Positions 35,996-45,969 are shown, counted from the first letter of the stretch. The stretch: 64,000 nucleotides of DNA from an uncultured Acidobacteriaceae bacterium (GCA_963773955.1 CAVZDM010000026.1:6750-70749), one strand, 5' to 3'. Numbers and translations are program-made. Notes: a model not told the origin generated them from the sequence alone.

Positions 35996-37594
35996 ATGAG
36001 CAGAGTTCCGTCCGACCCAGGGCATTTGGGTTCTTTTTTCAGCGCAGCTCTTTCGATCGTTGCTCTTTTCGGAGTTGGCTTCGCGACGGCTTGCGGAGGC
36101 GCAAGGTCGACTCCAACTCCAGTCTTGAGCGGGAACACCCAAGTCACGCTAGCGCTGACGAGCACGGCCAACGATCAACTGAGCGAGTTCAACCTGGTAC
36201 TCAACACCCTGACTTTGACGAGCAAATCGGGCAAGATGGTAAGTTTGCTGTCGACCCCACAAGGATTCGAGTTCACTCATCTTAATGGGCAGCTTGCACC
36301 CGGTTTCACGGTCACTGTTCCGCAGGACATTTACACTTCCGCCACCGCAACGGTTGGAGGTGCTGAGTTCGCCTGTGTCGTGGAGATCCCGGATTCCGGC
36401 CTGACCACGGCAACCTATAACTACGGCTACACGCCGGATTCCAACGTAAGTGTGAATCTGCCGTCGCCAATCACCATTACGGGATCAAACATGGGCCTAG
36501 CGATTGATTTGCAGGTTTTGCAGTCCGCAACATTTCCCAGCACCTGCTGGATTCCAGACGCGTCGTGGTCAATCACTCCTACGTTTAATGTGACTCCGGT
36601 TGTGATTTCGCCGCAGCCGACCAATCCGGAAAATGGCAAGGTGGTAGCACTCGACGGAGAAATCGCCGCGATTGCACCGTCAGGCAACAGCTTTACGCTG
36701 TCGGTAGGGGAGGGTGAAACGCTGCTGGACGATGTCACCGTCAGCGCGAGCGACAACACGGTGTACCAAGGTATAGGAAATTTTTCTGCGCTGACGGTCG
36801 GAACGTTTGTGGACATGGATGGCGCGCTTCAGCCGGATAGTTCGGTTTTGGCCTCGCGAATCGCAGTCGAGTATGCGTCCGCGGTTGACGTTGTGACAGG
36901 ACCGGTGATGTTTGTGGACGCGATCGAACCTGCGCTGTACATCATGGGACGCGACCAGCAGGGCAGCGATTACTCTAACGCCTACTTCATCGGAGGACAG
37001 CCGTTCAGCTTCGACAGCGCAATCTTTCAAATCTCCGGCCAGCTAACAAACTTGCAGAATCTGCCGTTTGTGCCGAGCTTCACCGGTTCAAATATGGTTG
37101 CGGGGCAGAATGTCTATCTATCTTCGCCGACGCTCACCGACACCTCCAATCCGTACACCGAGCTCGAAGTGATCACGCTGATACCGCAGACCATCAATGG
37201 AACGGTCACGGCTTCAGCGCTGAGCGGCAGTTTTACCGACTACTCGGTTTCGCTTGCGCCGTACGATCTGTTTCCGAACCTGGCTGTGCAGCCGGGACAA
37301 ACTACGCTGCTCAACAATCCGTCGGATGTCGAGGTCTATGTCGACAACACTACCCAGTTGTTAAACAGCCAGTCTCTGGCGGAGGGCGGAACGTTCCGAT
37401 TTTATGGTCTGGTGTTCAACGACAACGGCACGCTGCGGATGGCCTGCGCCCAGGTGAATGACGGCGTGGCCCAGACGCAGTCGCAGGACTCGCGGCGAAG
37501 TCCTTTGACGAGAGGCGTGACTCAGGTTCGCCGCGGGAGAATCGGCCGATCGTCACAAATCACCACCGTGATCACGCGCCAGCCGCAACCTTAA
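35996..37594 (+). CDS. Beta-rich lipoprotein (DUF4382/DUF5666-like modules), hypothetical
   Basis: Lipobox-like FATAC. Thr/Ser/Val-rich beta-strand segments. Repeated module ...G.V.A......F.L.....V.VS..T.Y.G......L.VG..V...G. Confidence 0.55.
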   Translation: MSRVPSDPGHLGSFFSAALSIVALFGVGFATACGGARSTPTPVLSGNTQVTLALTSTANDQLSEFNLVLNTLTLTSKSGKMVSLLSTPQGFEFTHLNGQLAPGFTVTVPQDIYTSATATVGGAEFACVVEIPDSGLTTATYNYGYTPDSNVSVNLPSPITITGSNMGLAIDLQVLQSATFPSTCWIPDASWSITPTFNVTPVVISPQPTNPENGKVVALDGEIAAIAPSGNSFTLSVGEGETLLDDVTVSASDNTVYQGIGNFSALTVGTFVDMDGALQPDSSVLASRIAVEYASAVDVVTGPVMFVDAIEPALYIMGRDQQGSDYSNAYFIGGQPFSFDSAIFQISGQLTNLQNLPFVPSFTGSNMVAGQNVYLSSPTLTDTSNPYTELEVITLIPQTINGTVTASALSGSFTDYSVSLAPYDLFPNLAVQPGQTTLLNNPSDVEVYVDNTTQLLNSQSLAEGGTFRFYGLVFNDNGTLRMACAQVNDGVAQTQSQDSRRSPLTRGVTQVRRGRIGRSSQITTVITRQPQP

Positions 37595-37682
37595 CGACTG
37601 CGCGTGGCGGATGTGGGACGATGCCGGAGGCGACTCGCTCCCCCGCGTCGTTGGGCATTATGCAGAGGAATAGATCCGCCGG

Positions 37683-38687
37683 TCACTGTTCGCGACTCTC
37701 TTCCCCCACCACCGTAATCTTCGTGTCCGTGCGGAATTTCTTGTAATCGCGATAGGTCTCTTCGATATCCTCGTCATAGCTCTTGAACAACGCCAACCGC
37801 GCGTCGAAGTGGAGCTGAACGTGTTTGGGCAGCCACACTTCATCATTCACATGCGTCAGTTCCACCAGAACCCGCGTGCCTTTGTGGATCCGGGCGAGCA
37901 CGAAGCCAAACGAAATCGTGTCGATGGCGGTGATGTCGAGCTTTACCCATTGGGCTTCAGTCTTATCGATCCAGACGCAGCCTTTGAATTTACTGAGTAT
38001 CTTGGCTCCGCGGTCCTTGGGTTCGTACCCGGGACGAGGTTCGCCCTCCAGCACCCAGGTATCGTGCCCGTCGACCACTTCGGATGCGAGCAGGCGGAAG
38101 TTGAATGCGTCGGCGACCTCCAGCACGAACTTGCGACCCTCTTCGCGATCCTTCTGTTCACGCTCCAGGCGTTTGCGGCGGTCCTGCTCGGATTCGTTCT
38201 TGCGTTTGTCGATGATCTTCTGAAGCTTGTCGTCTTCTTTTTTGGCTTCGTCGGGCGACAGCGGTTTGTCGTCTTTGGCGGTTAGACGCTCGACTGGTTC
38301 CCCGTAGATCTCAAGGATTTCGGAGGTTCTTGATTCGATTTTCTTCACCCCGCCATGACCATCGAGGTGGTGCTGCTCCTCGCGCTCGACGTAGGTGTAA
38401 TCGCGCTGCTGCTTGTCGTTTTCCAAATCCTTCTCTCCGGCGCGGCGCAGAAGTTCCCGAATCTGCTCCGCAGGCACGGTGCCGGTGGCATCTGGCGTCA
38501 GATCGATAGGTTTCAGATCGATGGGCTTCAGATCGATCGGCTTCAGATCGGCCGTCCGCGGGGCCGTCGCGGGTGGTGCTGAATTATGAGTTGAAGTGGA
38601 AGCTGAGGGCGAATCCTGCCCGAAGACGCACCCCGCCAGCAAAAAAGCCGCTAAGACGAGCCCGCCACAAAAACGCATGAGCGACAT
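37683..38687 (-). CDS. Secreted protein with (DLKPI)x3 repeat, a charged coiled region and a C-terminal beta domain (LolA-like?), hypothetical
   Basis: ATG 38687 gives the signal peptide MSLMRFCGGLVLAAFLLAGCVFG. No confident family assignment. Confidence 0.55.
   Translation of the reverse strand: MSLMRFCGGLVLAAFLLAGCVFGQDSPSASTSTHNSAPPATAPRTADLKPIDLKPIDLKPIDLTPDATGTVPAEQIRELLRRAGEKDLENDKQQRDYTYVEREEQHHLDGHGGVKKIESRTSEILEIYGEPVERLTAKDDKPLSPDEAKKEDDKLQKIIDKRKNESEQDRRKRLEREQKDREEGRKFVLEVADAFNFRLLASEVVDGHDTWVLEGEPRPGYEPKDRGAKILSKFKGCVWIDKTEAQWVKLDITAIDTISFGFVLARIHKGTRVLVELTHVNDEVWLPKHVQLHFDARLALFKSYDEDIEETYRDYKKFRTDTKITVVGEESREQ
38498..38550. repeat. 15-bp tandem repeat (3 units plus a partial one) encoding DLKPIDLKPIDLKPIDL
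   Basis: TCAGATCGATAGGTT / TCAGATCGATGGGCT / TCAGATCGATCGGCT / TCAGATCGG... Confidence 0.85.
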
Positions 38688-38712
38688 ACGAAGCAACCCT
38701 AACGGCAGTTCC

Positions 38713-39183
38713 TCAAAAAAGGCCGCTTCCGCTGTCCACGGTCGCGTCGCAATCTTTCCAACCAAGCATGTCCCAGGCGTTTTGCCAGCGCATCTGCCCA
38801 GTTGCAATTTCTAGCGTTGTGACCTGCAGATATCGAAACATCTCGTTCGGATACTCTTGGTCGGCGACAGCCGCGATGAAGAGTGTCGAGCCATCGGGCG
38901 AGAAGTCGACGATCGCAAACTTCTGTCGATCAGCATCGGGAAGAACGTAGCTCTTCGTTTCGCCATTGTTATCGACGTGAATTTCCGCCCTCTCCTGGCA
39001 TCCGGATTCGTCTCGTTTGGCGACGCCCACGATGGACGCCGACACGTCACCATCTTGTGCGACTGCACTGTGATATTTCCTGATTCCCATGTGCTCTGGA
39101 CACGGAGGGGCGCCTCCGCTCGCGAGCGCAGGGAAGTCCTGCGCGCTTGCAATCGATGGAAGCGACAGCATCAGCACGATCAT
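38713..39183 (-). CDS. Hypothetical secreted protein
   Basis: The signal peptide MIVLMLSLPSIASAQ comes from ATG 39183 (a TTG at 39201 is possible). Contains a beta-propeller-like FSPDGSTLF motif. Confidence 0.45.
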   Translation of the reverse strand: MIVLMLSLPSIASAQDFPALASGGAPPCPEHMGIRKYHSAVAQDGDVSASIVGVAKRDESGCQERAEIHVDNNGETKSYVLPDADRQKFAIVDFSPDGSTLFIAAVADQEYPNEMFRYLQVTTLEIATGQMRWQNAWDMLGWKDCDATVDSGSGLF

Positions 39184-39211
39184 CGCGATGCGCCACGCGA
39201 TCAATGTTGAC

Positions 39212-40063
39212 CTAGGCGGCGTCGTCGGGATCGTCGTCAACGACTGCGATCTCATCGGCGATGGGCGACGGCGGCAGCGCCACGACGGTGTCGGAAAGCC
39301 GCCGCGACACGATAATGAACGCCGAATGCGCAATCATCCGATGCATCGGGCGCACGCTCATGCCCTTCACTTGCCAAAATCGCAGCATGGTCTCGAAGGA
39401 TTCGATTTCGCCGAATGACGGCGAGCGCTGCAATTCTTCGCAGGTGTCCTTGAGCTGCACGGTAGTGGGGACATAACAGACCAGCACGCCGCCGGCGCGC
39501 AACGCTTTCGCGGCGACGGGCAGCGCGCGGCCGGGTTCCGGAAGATCGAGGAACAGGCGATTGACGCCGGTCTCTTCGAAACCTTCGTAGAGGTCGTGCA
39601 GGCGCAGCGTCCAGTTTGGCGCGTCGCCGAAAAACGTGGCGACGTTTTTGGTCGCGGCTTTCGCGAAGTCCTCGCGAATCTCATATGAGATGACGCGTCC
39701 GTTCGGGCCAACCGCACGCAGCAGCGCGATCGTCAACGCGCCTGCGCCCGTGCCACCTTCAATCACGGTCGCGCCCGGAAATACGTCGCCCCATATCAAC
39801 AACGGTCCGGTGTCCTTGGGATAGATGACCTGCGCGGCACGCGGCAGATGGGGGATCAGGTCGGCGTAGGTGGGCCGCAACGCGAGGTACATCTCGCCGC
39901 TGGAAAATTTGACCCGCGAACCCTCCTCGACGCCGATGATGTCGTCGGCCATCAACTCGCCGCGGATTAACAGCTTGATGCCGGGCCGTAAAATCTTCAG
40001 ATAGCGGCGGCCTTTGCGATCGATGAGGAGGGCCGCATCATTGGCTTTGAACTTTGAATCCAA
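39212..40063 (-). CDS. trmI: tRNA (adenine-N1)-methyltransferase (TrmI/GCD14 family)
   Basis: N-terminal beta domain. SAM motif VIEGGTGAGALT. LDLPEP and HSAFIIVSRR are characteristic of TrmI. Confidence 0.85.
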   Translation of the reverse strand: MDSKFKANDAALLIDRKGRRYLKILRPGIKLLIRGELMADDIIGVEEGSRVKFSSGEMYLALRPTYADLIPHLPRAAQVIYPKDTGPLLIWGDVFPGATVIEGGTGAGALTIALLRAVGPNGRVISYEIREDFAKAATKNVATFFGDAPNWTLRLHDLYEGFEETGVNRLFLDLPEPGRALPVAAKALRAGGVLVCYVPTTVQLKDTCEELQRSPSFGEIESFETMLRFWQVKGMSVRPMHRMIAHSAFIIVSRRLSDTVVALPPSPIADEIAVVDDDPDDAA

Positions 40064-40291
40064 GGTGGTTTACCGATATTCGCTTGAGCGCCGTCACGCA
40101 ACAAAGGTTGGCTACTTGACCACTCAAGGCGGCGCAACTAGTTTATCGATGCTGCCCGGCCCGCAAATTATGACGGCCGGGTCGTTTCACATCATCAGGG
40201 TGATTTACGAAAAGCTGCCGGCGGTTCATACGCGACATGCGTGTGAAGCACCGGCTTCCTGCTTTATAATAGATTTGAGGATTTAAGATTT

Positions 40292-40465
40292 ATGGCTGAG
40301 AAAAAAGCGAAAACCGCCGAAAAAAATCCCGGCGAAATCCAGCACAAACACCTCTGCCCCGAATGTGGTGGCGACAGCAAGGTGACCAAGTTCGCCGGCT
40401 TCGGACGCAAAGGCTTCTACATCGTGTGCGAGAAGAACGCCAGTCACGTTGGCCGGCTCCGCTAA
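40292..40465 (+). CDS. Small (57 aa) zinc-ribbon-like protein, not in the ORF track
   Basis: My own translation is MAEKKAKTAEKNPGEIQHKHLCPECGGDSKVTKFAGFGRKGFYIVCEKNASHVGRLR. It has a CPEC pair and downstream C/H residues. The track only lists the antisense ORF 40283..40480. Confidence 0.4.
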   Translation: MAEKKAKTAEKNPGEIQHKHLCPECGGDSKVTKFAGFGRKGFYIVCEKNASHVGRLR

Positions 40466-40486
40466 ATCAGGATCCGGCAAGGGGGC

Positions 40487-40915
40487 GTGGGATCGATGGC
40501 GCGGACCAAGAAGACGGCAAAGGCCTCCAAGAAGGACAAGTACGGCAGCTTCGACGATTTAACCGACGAGGCTGAAGAAGATGCGGATCTTCCCAAGGAC
40601 GAAGCTGGCAGACGGAAGATCAAACGCCAGTACACCGATCTCCTCGGGATTCGCATCGAGAAACTGCGGGGCAGGATTCTCAATCGCGAGCGCATCAACA
40701 AGACCATCGAGGGCATCTACTACATCTGCTTCGATTGCCTGAAGGTGTGCCATTCGCTCGACGACGGCTTGACCGAGGACACCAACAATCAGCAGAACCT
40801 GTGCGCGGCATGCAGCAAGATTCGCGCGCAAGCCGCCGCGGCCGAGGCGAAGGCGGCGGCCGCCACCCCGTCGCATCCGCCGCGCTCGAGTTCGCGCAAG
40901 CGGGCATCGGCCTGA
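40487..40915 (+). CDS. Hypothetical protein with a charged N-terminus and a CxxC...CxxC motif
   Basis: 142 aa; YYICFDCLKVCH...NLCAACSKI. No family recognised. Confidence 0.45.
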   Translation: MGSMARTKKTAKASKKDKYGSFDDLTDEAEEDADLPKDEAGRRKIKRQYTDLLGIRIEKLRGRILNRERINKTIEGIYYICFDCLKVCHSLDDGLTEDTNNQQNLCAACSKIRAQAAAAEAKAAAATPSHPPRSSSRKRASA

Positions 40916-40984
40916 CTCTTGTTCGACGCCACCATCCGACCATCGAATTCGACCACCGGGCAAAAAGGGTAAATTACAGGACAG

Positions 40985-41926
40985 ATGGCACTTCAGCTCA
41001 TTCCTCCCGATATCAATCTGGATTTTGTCGGCAAGCGAAAGTTTTTCGTCGGCCTCTCTGTCCTCATTAATCTCGCCTCGATTGTGATGCTGCTAACGGT
41101 CGGACTCAACTATGGCGTCGATTTTTCAGGCGGCAGCGTCGTGCAGATCCGGATGACGCAAAAGGCCAGCCCCGATAGCATCCGCAAGGCGCTGGTGCCC
41201 CTGGATTTGGGCGAGGTCTCGGTGCAGGACTTCGGCACTGGCGGCGTGGAGTTTCTCGCGCGGTTCGAGAAGCCCAAGAGTATCGGCAGCATCGGCCCCC
41301 GCATTGAAGCGGCGTTGGACACTCAATTCGGCGCCGGCCAGGGCAAGGTCGTGCGTGTCGAGACGGTCGGCGCGAAAGTCAGCAAGGACCTGAAGTTCGA
41401 TGCGATCGCGGCGATCACAGTCGCGACATTGCTGATGGGCGCATTCATTGCCATCCAGTTTCGACATGTGAGTTGGAGCTTCGGTACCGGCGCCGTCATT
41501 GCGCTGGTGCATGATGTGCTGGTCGTCCTGCTGGCGTTGATGATCAGCCGCTACGAGTTCGATCTGACGACGCTGGCCGCGTTGCTGACGGTTATCGGCT
41601 ATTCGGTCCACGACACCATCATCGTGTCGGATCGAATCCGCGAAGATGCGAGCAAGCGCCGCCGCGAGACCCTGGCGACCGTGATGAATCGCGCCATCAA
41701 CGAGACGCTCTCGCGCACCATCCTGACTTCCGGCACCGCGATATCGGTGCTTATCGCGCTGCTCGCACTGGGCGGTCCGATTCTGCGTCCGTCGGCATTC
41801 ACGTTGCTGATTGGCTTCATCACCGGGACCTATTCGTCGGTGTATATAGCCGGTCCTGTCGTGCTGTTCTGGGAGAGCCGCGTGAATATCAAGACGCCAC
41901 GCCCTCCGAGCGCCCGCGCCGCGTAA
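40985..41926 (+). CDS. secF: Protein translocase subunit SecF
   Basis: DFVGKRKFF, GVDFSGG, then six TM helices with ...SVHDTIIVSDRIRE...AINETLSRT... typical of SecF. Confidence 0.9.
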   Translation: MALQLIPPDINLDFVGKRKFFVGLSVLINLASIVMLLTVGLNYGVDFSGGSVVQIRMTQKASPDSIRKALVPLDLGEVSVQDFGTGGVEFLARFEKPKSIGSIGPRIEAALDTQFGAGQGKVVRVETVGAKVSKDLKFDAIAAITVATLLMGAFIAIQFRHVSWSFGTGAVIALVHDVLVVLLALMISRYEFDLTTLAALLTVIGYSVHDTIIVSDRIREDASKRRRETLATVMNRAINETLSRTILTSGTAISVLIALLALGGPILRPSAFTLLIGFITGTYSSVYIAGPVVLFWESRVNIKTPRPPSARAA

Positions 41927-42092
41927 GTTTCGATGCTCCATCACATCGACAGGTGCAATGCTGTCCCTGCGGACACCGCAGTAATGCTGATGCGGTCGTC
42001 CTAAGCCCTTCAAGGAATTCCTGCTCTTTTCGATCGGCATGCGTCTTGCCGCTGCGAGAGGCCGAGTTGTAAAGCTCGCGGGAGGGAAGCCC

Positions 42093-43073
42093 ATGGCAGA
42101 GAATCACCTGGTGCATATGAATCTGACGCTGGTGCGATGTGCTCGCATCATCGCCATCACTATCGGATGTTCGTGGATCAGCGCATGCTTCGTGTCCTCG
42201 ATACCCGATGCATTTGCGTTCGAGGAGGGATCCTTCGAAAAAACCGTCGCGGTCAGCGACGCGATGACATCGGTCGACGCGACGACCGCATCGGGTGATA
42301 TCGCGGTTCGCCGAGGCAACGATGGCGCGGTTCATGTGCTCGGACACGTCCGCGCCTATGCGGGATGGTGGGGATGGACGCACATCTCGCCGCACGAAGC
42401 GATCTCTCGTCTTCAGCAGAATCCGCCCGTCGAGCAGCAAGGCAACAGTATCCGCGTCGGCTACATCAACGATCCCGAACTGACCCGCAACATCTCGATC
42501 AGCTACGAGATCGAGGTTCCCACCGCCACCACATTGTCCGCGCGCATCAGTTCGGGCTCGGCGCATATCGATGGAATCAACGGTCCGGTCGAGGCCACGA
42601 CTTCTTCAGGTCACGTCACGGTGACGAACATCAAGGGGCGCGTGCAGGCGAGTTCGAATTCCGGCGGCGTCGATTTGCGATCCATTGATGGAGCCGCGAC
42701 GATCTCGGTCTTGAGCGGATCGATTAGTGGAAGCGATTTGGTCGCGGCCAACGCGAGGACTATCCGCGGCACCGTGACGCTGCATCAGGTGCGCGGCGCG
42801 TGCGAAGTCTCCGTGACCAGCGGCAGCATCAACGTCGATGGCGCACCGACCGCGCCGTGGAACCTCCGTAACACGTCCGGCCCGGTTTCCATCCGCGTCA
42901 CCGCGCAGCCGCATTTCGAGTTGAAAGCGCACGTGATTTCGGGACTAATCCGTAGCTCGCTTCCTGTGACTGTCCTGGGCAGCAACTCGAACAACCTTTT
43001 GGTCGGCAGCGTCGGCGGAGGCGGACCGCTGGTCGAGCTGAGCACGGTCTCAGGCGTCATATCGATAGAGTAG
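42093..43073 (+). CDS. DUF4097-family beta-strand-repeat protein (putative adhesin fold)
   Basis: Repeated ..SG.I.V........V.A.T.SG.V.. units ([58 protein letters not shown]). Confidence 0.7.
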   Translation: MAENHLVHMNLTLVRCARIIAITIGCSWISACFVSSIPDAFAFEEGSFEKTVAVSDAMTSVDATTASGDIAVRRGNDGAVHVLGHVRAYAGWWGWTHISPHEAISRLQQNPPVEQQGNSIRVGYINDPELTRNISISYEIEVPTATTLSARISSGSAHIDGINGPVEATTSSGHVTVTNIKGRVQASSNSGGVDLRSIDGAATISVLSGSISGSDLVAANARTIRGTVTLHQVRGACEVSVTSGSINVDGAPTAPWNLRNTSGPVSIRVTAQPHFELKAHVISGLIRSSLPVTVLGSNSNNLLVGSVGGGGPLVELSTVSGVISIE

Positions 43074-43171
43074 GTTGCGCTGCGATGCGCGCAGACGAGC
43101 ATCTGCAAAAATGACGGTCGACCCTCTTTCTCGGTCTCACTCATCAGAGAACAATAGAACGAGAGGATCGA

Positions 43172-43651
43172 ATGACAAAACCTACGCCGCGCAACCCGGC
43201 CTCTGATTCGGCCGATACGAACGGGCGGTCAGAACATCGTGCACGATTGCTCGTCGTCGATGATTCCGAAAGCGCCCGCTCGATGATTTGCCGTCATATG
43301 GAGCAGGAGCAATTCGATTACGAGGAGGCCGAGAACGGCGCCATCGCAGTCGAGAAAGCCCGCTCGACACGCTTCGACCTCATTCTGATGGACATCCAGA
43401 TGCCGATGATGGATGGGCATGAGGCGATGCGCCGCATCAGGCAGTGGGAAGAGAGTCACGCCCTCAACCGCACACCCATCATCGCGTTCACCGCGTCATC
43501 GTTCGAGGAGGATGTGCAGCGCGCCATCGAGAACGGCGCCGATTTGCACGTCTGCAAGCCGGTGAGGAAGGACGCCTTGGCGGCGGCGATCAAGACCCTC
43601 CTGCGCGGCGAATCACTTCGAGATAACGTCCGCCAGAAGCACACGGCGTGA
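43172..43651 (+). CDS. Stand-alone response-regulator receiver domain protein
   Basis: LLVVDDS, phospho-acceptor DLILMDIQMP, T at AFTAS, K at HVCKP. Confidence 0.85.
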   Translation: MTKPTPRNPASDSADTNGRSEHRARLLVVDDSESARSMICRHMEQEQFDYEEAENGAIAVEKARSTRFDLILMDIQMPMMDGHEAMRRIRQWEESHALNRTPIIAFTASSFEEDVQRAIENGADLHVCKPVRKDALAAAIKTLLRGESLRDNVRQKHTA

Positions 43652-43727
43652 GGCTCCCCCTCTACCAAACGAAGCCAAATAACGCTGGAAACTAAAGGAC
43701 TTTCGATTTTCTGAGCTGCGAAATTGA

Positions 43728-44039
43728 GTGACATTTGAGCTGAAAACGCCGCGCGGCCTCTACAATCTGGTGCTCGCCAAAGACCCTCAGATGCTTCCCG
43801 ATGCGGCGCTACTGACGTTGACTCTGGACCGTCGCGACGGAATCGAGAAGGTCGCCCTCCAATGCCGCGTCGCCAAGTCGCTGGCTGCCTCCCGCGATAG
43901 CGACGAACTTCTCGCCAAGCTCGCCCATTGGATTGAACGCGATTTCGAAATGACGCGCGAGTATGCGCTGAAATCGATTCGCAGCGAGCACAAGCTGCTG
44001 GAACTCGTCTTCGACGAATCCCACCGGGGGCCGTTCTGA
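43728..44039 (+). CDS. Hypothetical protein (GTG start), translationally coupled to the downstream GNAT gene
   Basis: 103 aa. Its stop TGA overlaps ATG 44039 (TGATG). No family recognised. Confidence 0.4.
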   Translation: MTFELKTPRGLYNLVLAKDPQMLPDAALLTLTLDRRDGIEKVALQCRVAKSLAASRDSDELLAKLAHWIERDFEMTREYALKSIRSEHKLLELVFDESHRGPF

Positions 44040-44521
44040 TGGAGATTCGACGCGCCATCGATGCCGATGTTCCCGAGTTGTCGCGACTAGTTCAGGGAAT
44101 CGCCGCGTATCACGAATCTCTCGACGAGCGCGTGCATTACGATTGGGACAGCGTGCGAAAATCGGCCGAATGGCTCGCCGTGGTACTCAAGCGCGATCAT
44201 CATGCGATATGGGTGGCGGACTTCGGCGACGGCAAGCTGGTTGGCTATCTATGGGTGCACCTGCGGCGCTATCGCGATGCGCGCGTGCCCGCCGTCTGGG
44301 GCTACATCGCGCACGCCTTCCTGGAGGAGGGATGGCGCGGGCAGGGCATCATGCGTCCGATGCTCGACGGGGCGTGGCAGTGGTTCCGCGAGAAGGGCAT
44401 GACCCATGTGAGCCTTGGCGTCATCCATCAAAACTGGATTGGATCGGCTGCGTGGTACAAATTCGGCTTCGAAGACTACAACCACGAGCGCCTGCTGATT
44501 CTCAAAAACAAACCCACTTAA
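44039..44521 (+). CDS. GNAT-family N-acetyltransferase
   Basis: The acetyl-CoA motif region FLEEGWRGQGIMRPML (R/Q-x-x-G-x-G/A) and ...AAWYKFGF fit the GNAT fold. Confidence 0.8.
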   Translation: MEIRRAIDADVPELSRLVQGIAAYHESLDERVHYDWDSVRKSAEWLAVVLKRDHHAIWVADFGDGKLVGYLWVHLRRYRDARVPAVWGYIAHAFLEEGWRGQGIMRPMLDGAWQWFREKGMTHVSLGVIHQNWIGSAAWYKFGFEDYNHERLLILKNKPT

Positions 44522-44657
44522 CGGGTCACGCCGTATCAGTTCACCTTAAACCGGCTTGACACCGATCGCGGTTCGCCTTAAAAGACCCTGATAGTCGGCT
44601 ATTGTCCGCATCACCTCGATGTCCTCGTTTCCATTGAAGATAAGCGTCCGAATGGTT

Positions 44658-44695
44658 ATACTCGACTTGTAAGGTCCACTATTATTTGCGAGTAT
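44658..44695. promoter_or_regulatory. Inverted repeat upstream of iscS (possible Rrf2/IscR-type operator)
   Basis: ATACTCG (44658-44664) ... CGAGTAT (44689-44695) in an AT-rich stretch about 30-70 nt before iscS. The left half ATACTCGACT resembles the IscR type-1 half site as I recall it. Confidence 0.3.
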
Positions 44696-44726
44696 TGCGC
44701 AAGGAAAACGCGAAGAGATATCACCG

Positions 44727-45947
44727 ATGCCTAAGCTGCCCATCTACATGGATAATCACGCGACGACTCCAGTCGATCCGCGCGTGATGGAGACGATGCT
44801 GCCGTACTTCACCGAGAAGTTCGGCAACGCCGCCAGCCGTAACCACAGCTTCGGCTGGGAAGCGGAAGAGGCTGTCGATCGCGCGCGCAATCAGATCGCG
44901 GCACTCATCGGCGCCAAGTCCAAGGAAATCATTTTCACCAGCGGCGCCACCGAGTCGGACAATCTCGCGATCAAAGGTGTGCTGGAGTTCTACAAAGATA
45001 AAGGCAATCACATCATCACCTGCGTCACTGAGCATAAGGCGGTTCTCGACAGTTGCCGTACGCTGGAGCGCAACGGCAAGGCGACGGTGATCTATCTCAA
45101 GGTCGACAAGTACGGCATGGTCGATCCCGAGGACGTCCGGAAGGCGATTACCGACAAGACCGTGCTCATCTCGATCATGTACGCGAACAACGAGATCGGC
45201 ACGATTCATCCGATTCGCGAGATCGGCAAGATCGCGAAAGAGAAGGGCGTCATCTTCCATTGCGACGCGGTCCAGGCCGTCGGCAAGATTCCTGTCGATG
45301 CGGAGAAGGACGGTATCGATCTGCTCGCGATGAGTGGCCACAAGATTTACGGGCCCAAGGGCGTCGGCGCTCTATGGGTTCGCGCCAAGGGTCCGCGCGT
45401 GCGACTGACGCCGATTATCGACGGCGGAGGTCATGAGCGCGGGATGCGCAGCGGCACCCTCAACGTCACCGGCATTGTCGGCTTCGGCAAGGCGTGCGAA
45501 ATCGCACAGCAGGATATGGCCGAGGACAACAAGAAGCTTCTCGACCTGCGCAACAAGCTGCAGGCAGGGCTGTTCGAGCGTCTCGATGAGATTTATCTCA
45601 ATGGCCATCCGACGGAGCGGCTGCCGGGCAACCTCAACGTCAGCTTTGCGTATGTCGAAGGCGAGTCGCTGCTGATGGGTATCAACGATATCGCGGTCAG
45701 CTCGGGTTCGGCCTGCACCTCGGCAACGCTGGAGCCCTCGTACGTGATTCGCGCGCTCGGAGTTAACGAGGAACTCGCGCATAGCTCGATTCGCTTCGGC
45801 ATCGGGCGCTTCAACACTGAGGATGAAGTGAGTTACGTGACCGACCGCGTATCGAAAGAAGTGAATCGGTTGCGCGAGATGTCGCCGCTGTACGAGATGG
45901 CGAAGGAAGGAATCGATCTCAAATCCGTCCAATGGAAGGCGGAATAA
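44727..45947 (+). CDS. iscS: Cysteine desulfurase IscS
   Basis: [21 protein letters not shown]-Lys [10 protein letters not shown], active-site loop SSGSACTS. Confidence 0.95.
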   Translation: MPKLPIYMDNHATTPVDPRVMETMLPYFTEKFGNAASRNHSFGWEAEEAVDRARNQIAALIGAKSKEIIFTSGATESDNLAIKGVLEFYKDKGNHIITCVTEHKAVLDSCRTLERNGKATVIYLKVDKYGMVDPEDVRKAITDKTVLISIMYANNEIGTIHPIREIGKIAKEKGVIFHCDAVQAVGKIPVDAEKDGIDLLAMSGHKIYGPKGVGALWVRAKGPRVRLTPIIDGGGHERGMRSGTLNVTGIVGFGKACEIAQQDMAEDNKKLLDLRNKLQAGLFERLDEIYLNGHPTERLPGNLNVSFAYVEGESLLMGINDIAVSSGSACTSATLEPSYVIRALGVNEELAHSSIRFGIGRFNTEDEVSYVTDRVSKEVNRLREMSPLYEMAKEGIDLKSVQWKAE

Positions 45948-45969
45948 CGGGCGGACGGAGAGTAAAGTC

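Noticed and set aside
40283-40480. 65-aa minus-strand ORF listed by the track
   Set aside because: It is antisense to a more plausible 57-aa plus-strand zinc-ribbon ORF that has an ATG start and sits in the same orientation as the following genes.
44546-44743. 65-aa minus-strand ORF upstream of iscS
   Set aside because: It lies in the AT-rich isc leader and overlaps the iscS start. It has no motifs and is more likely promoter or operator DNA.
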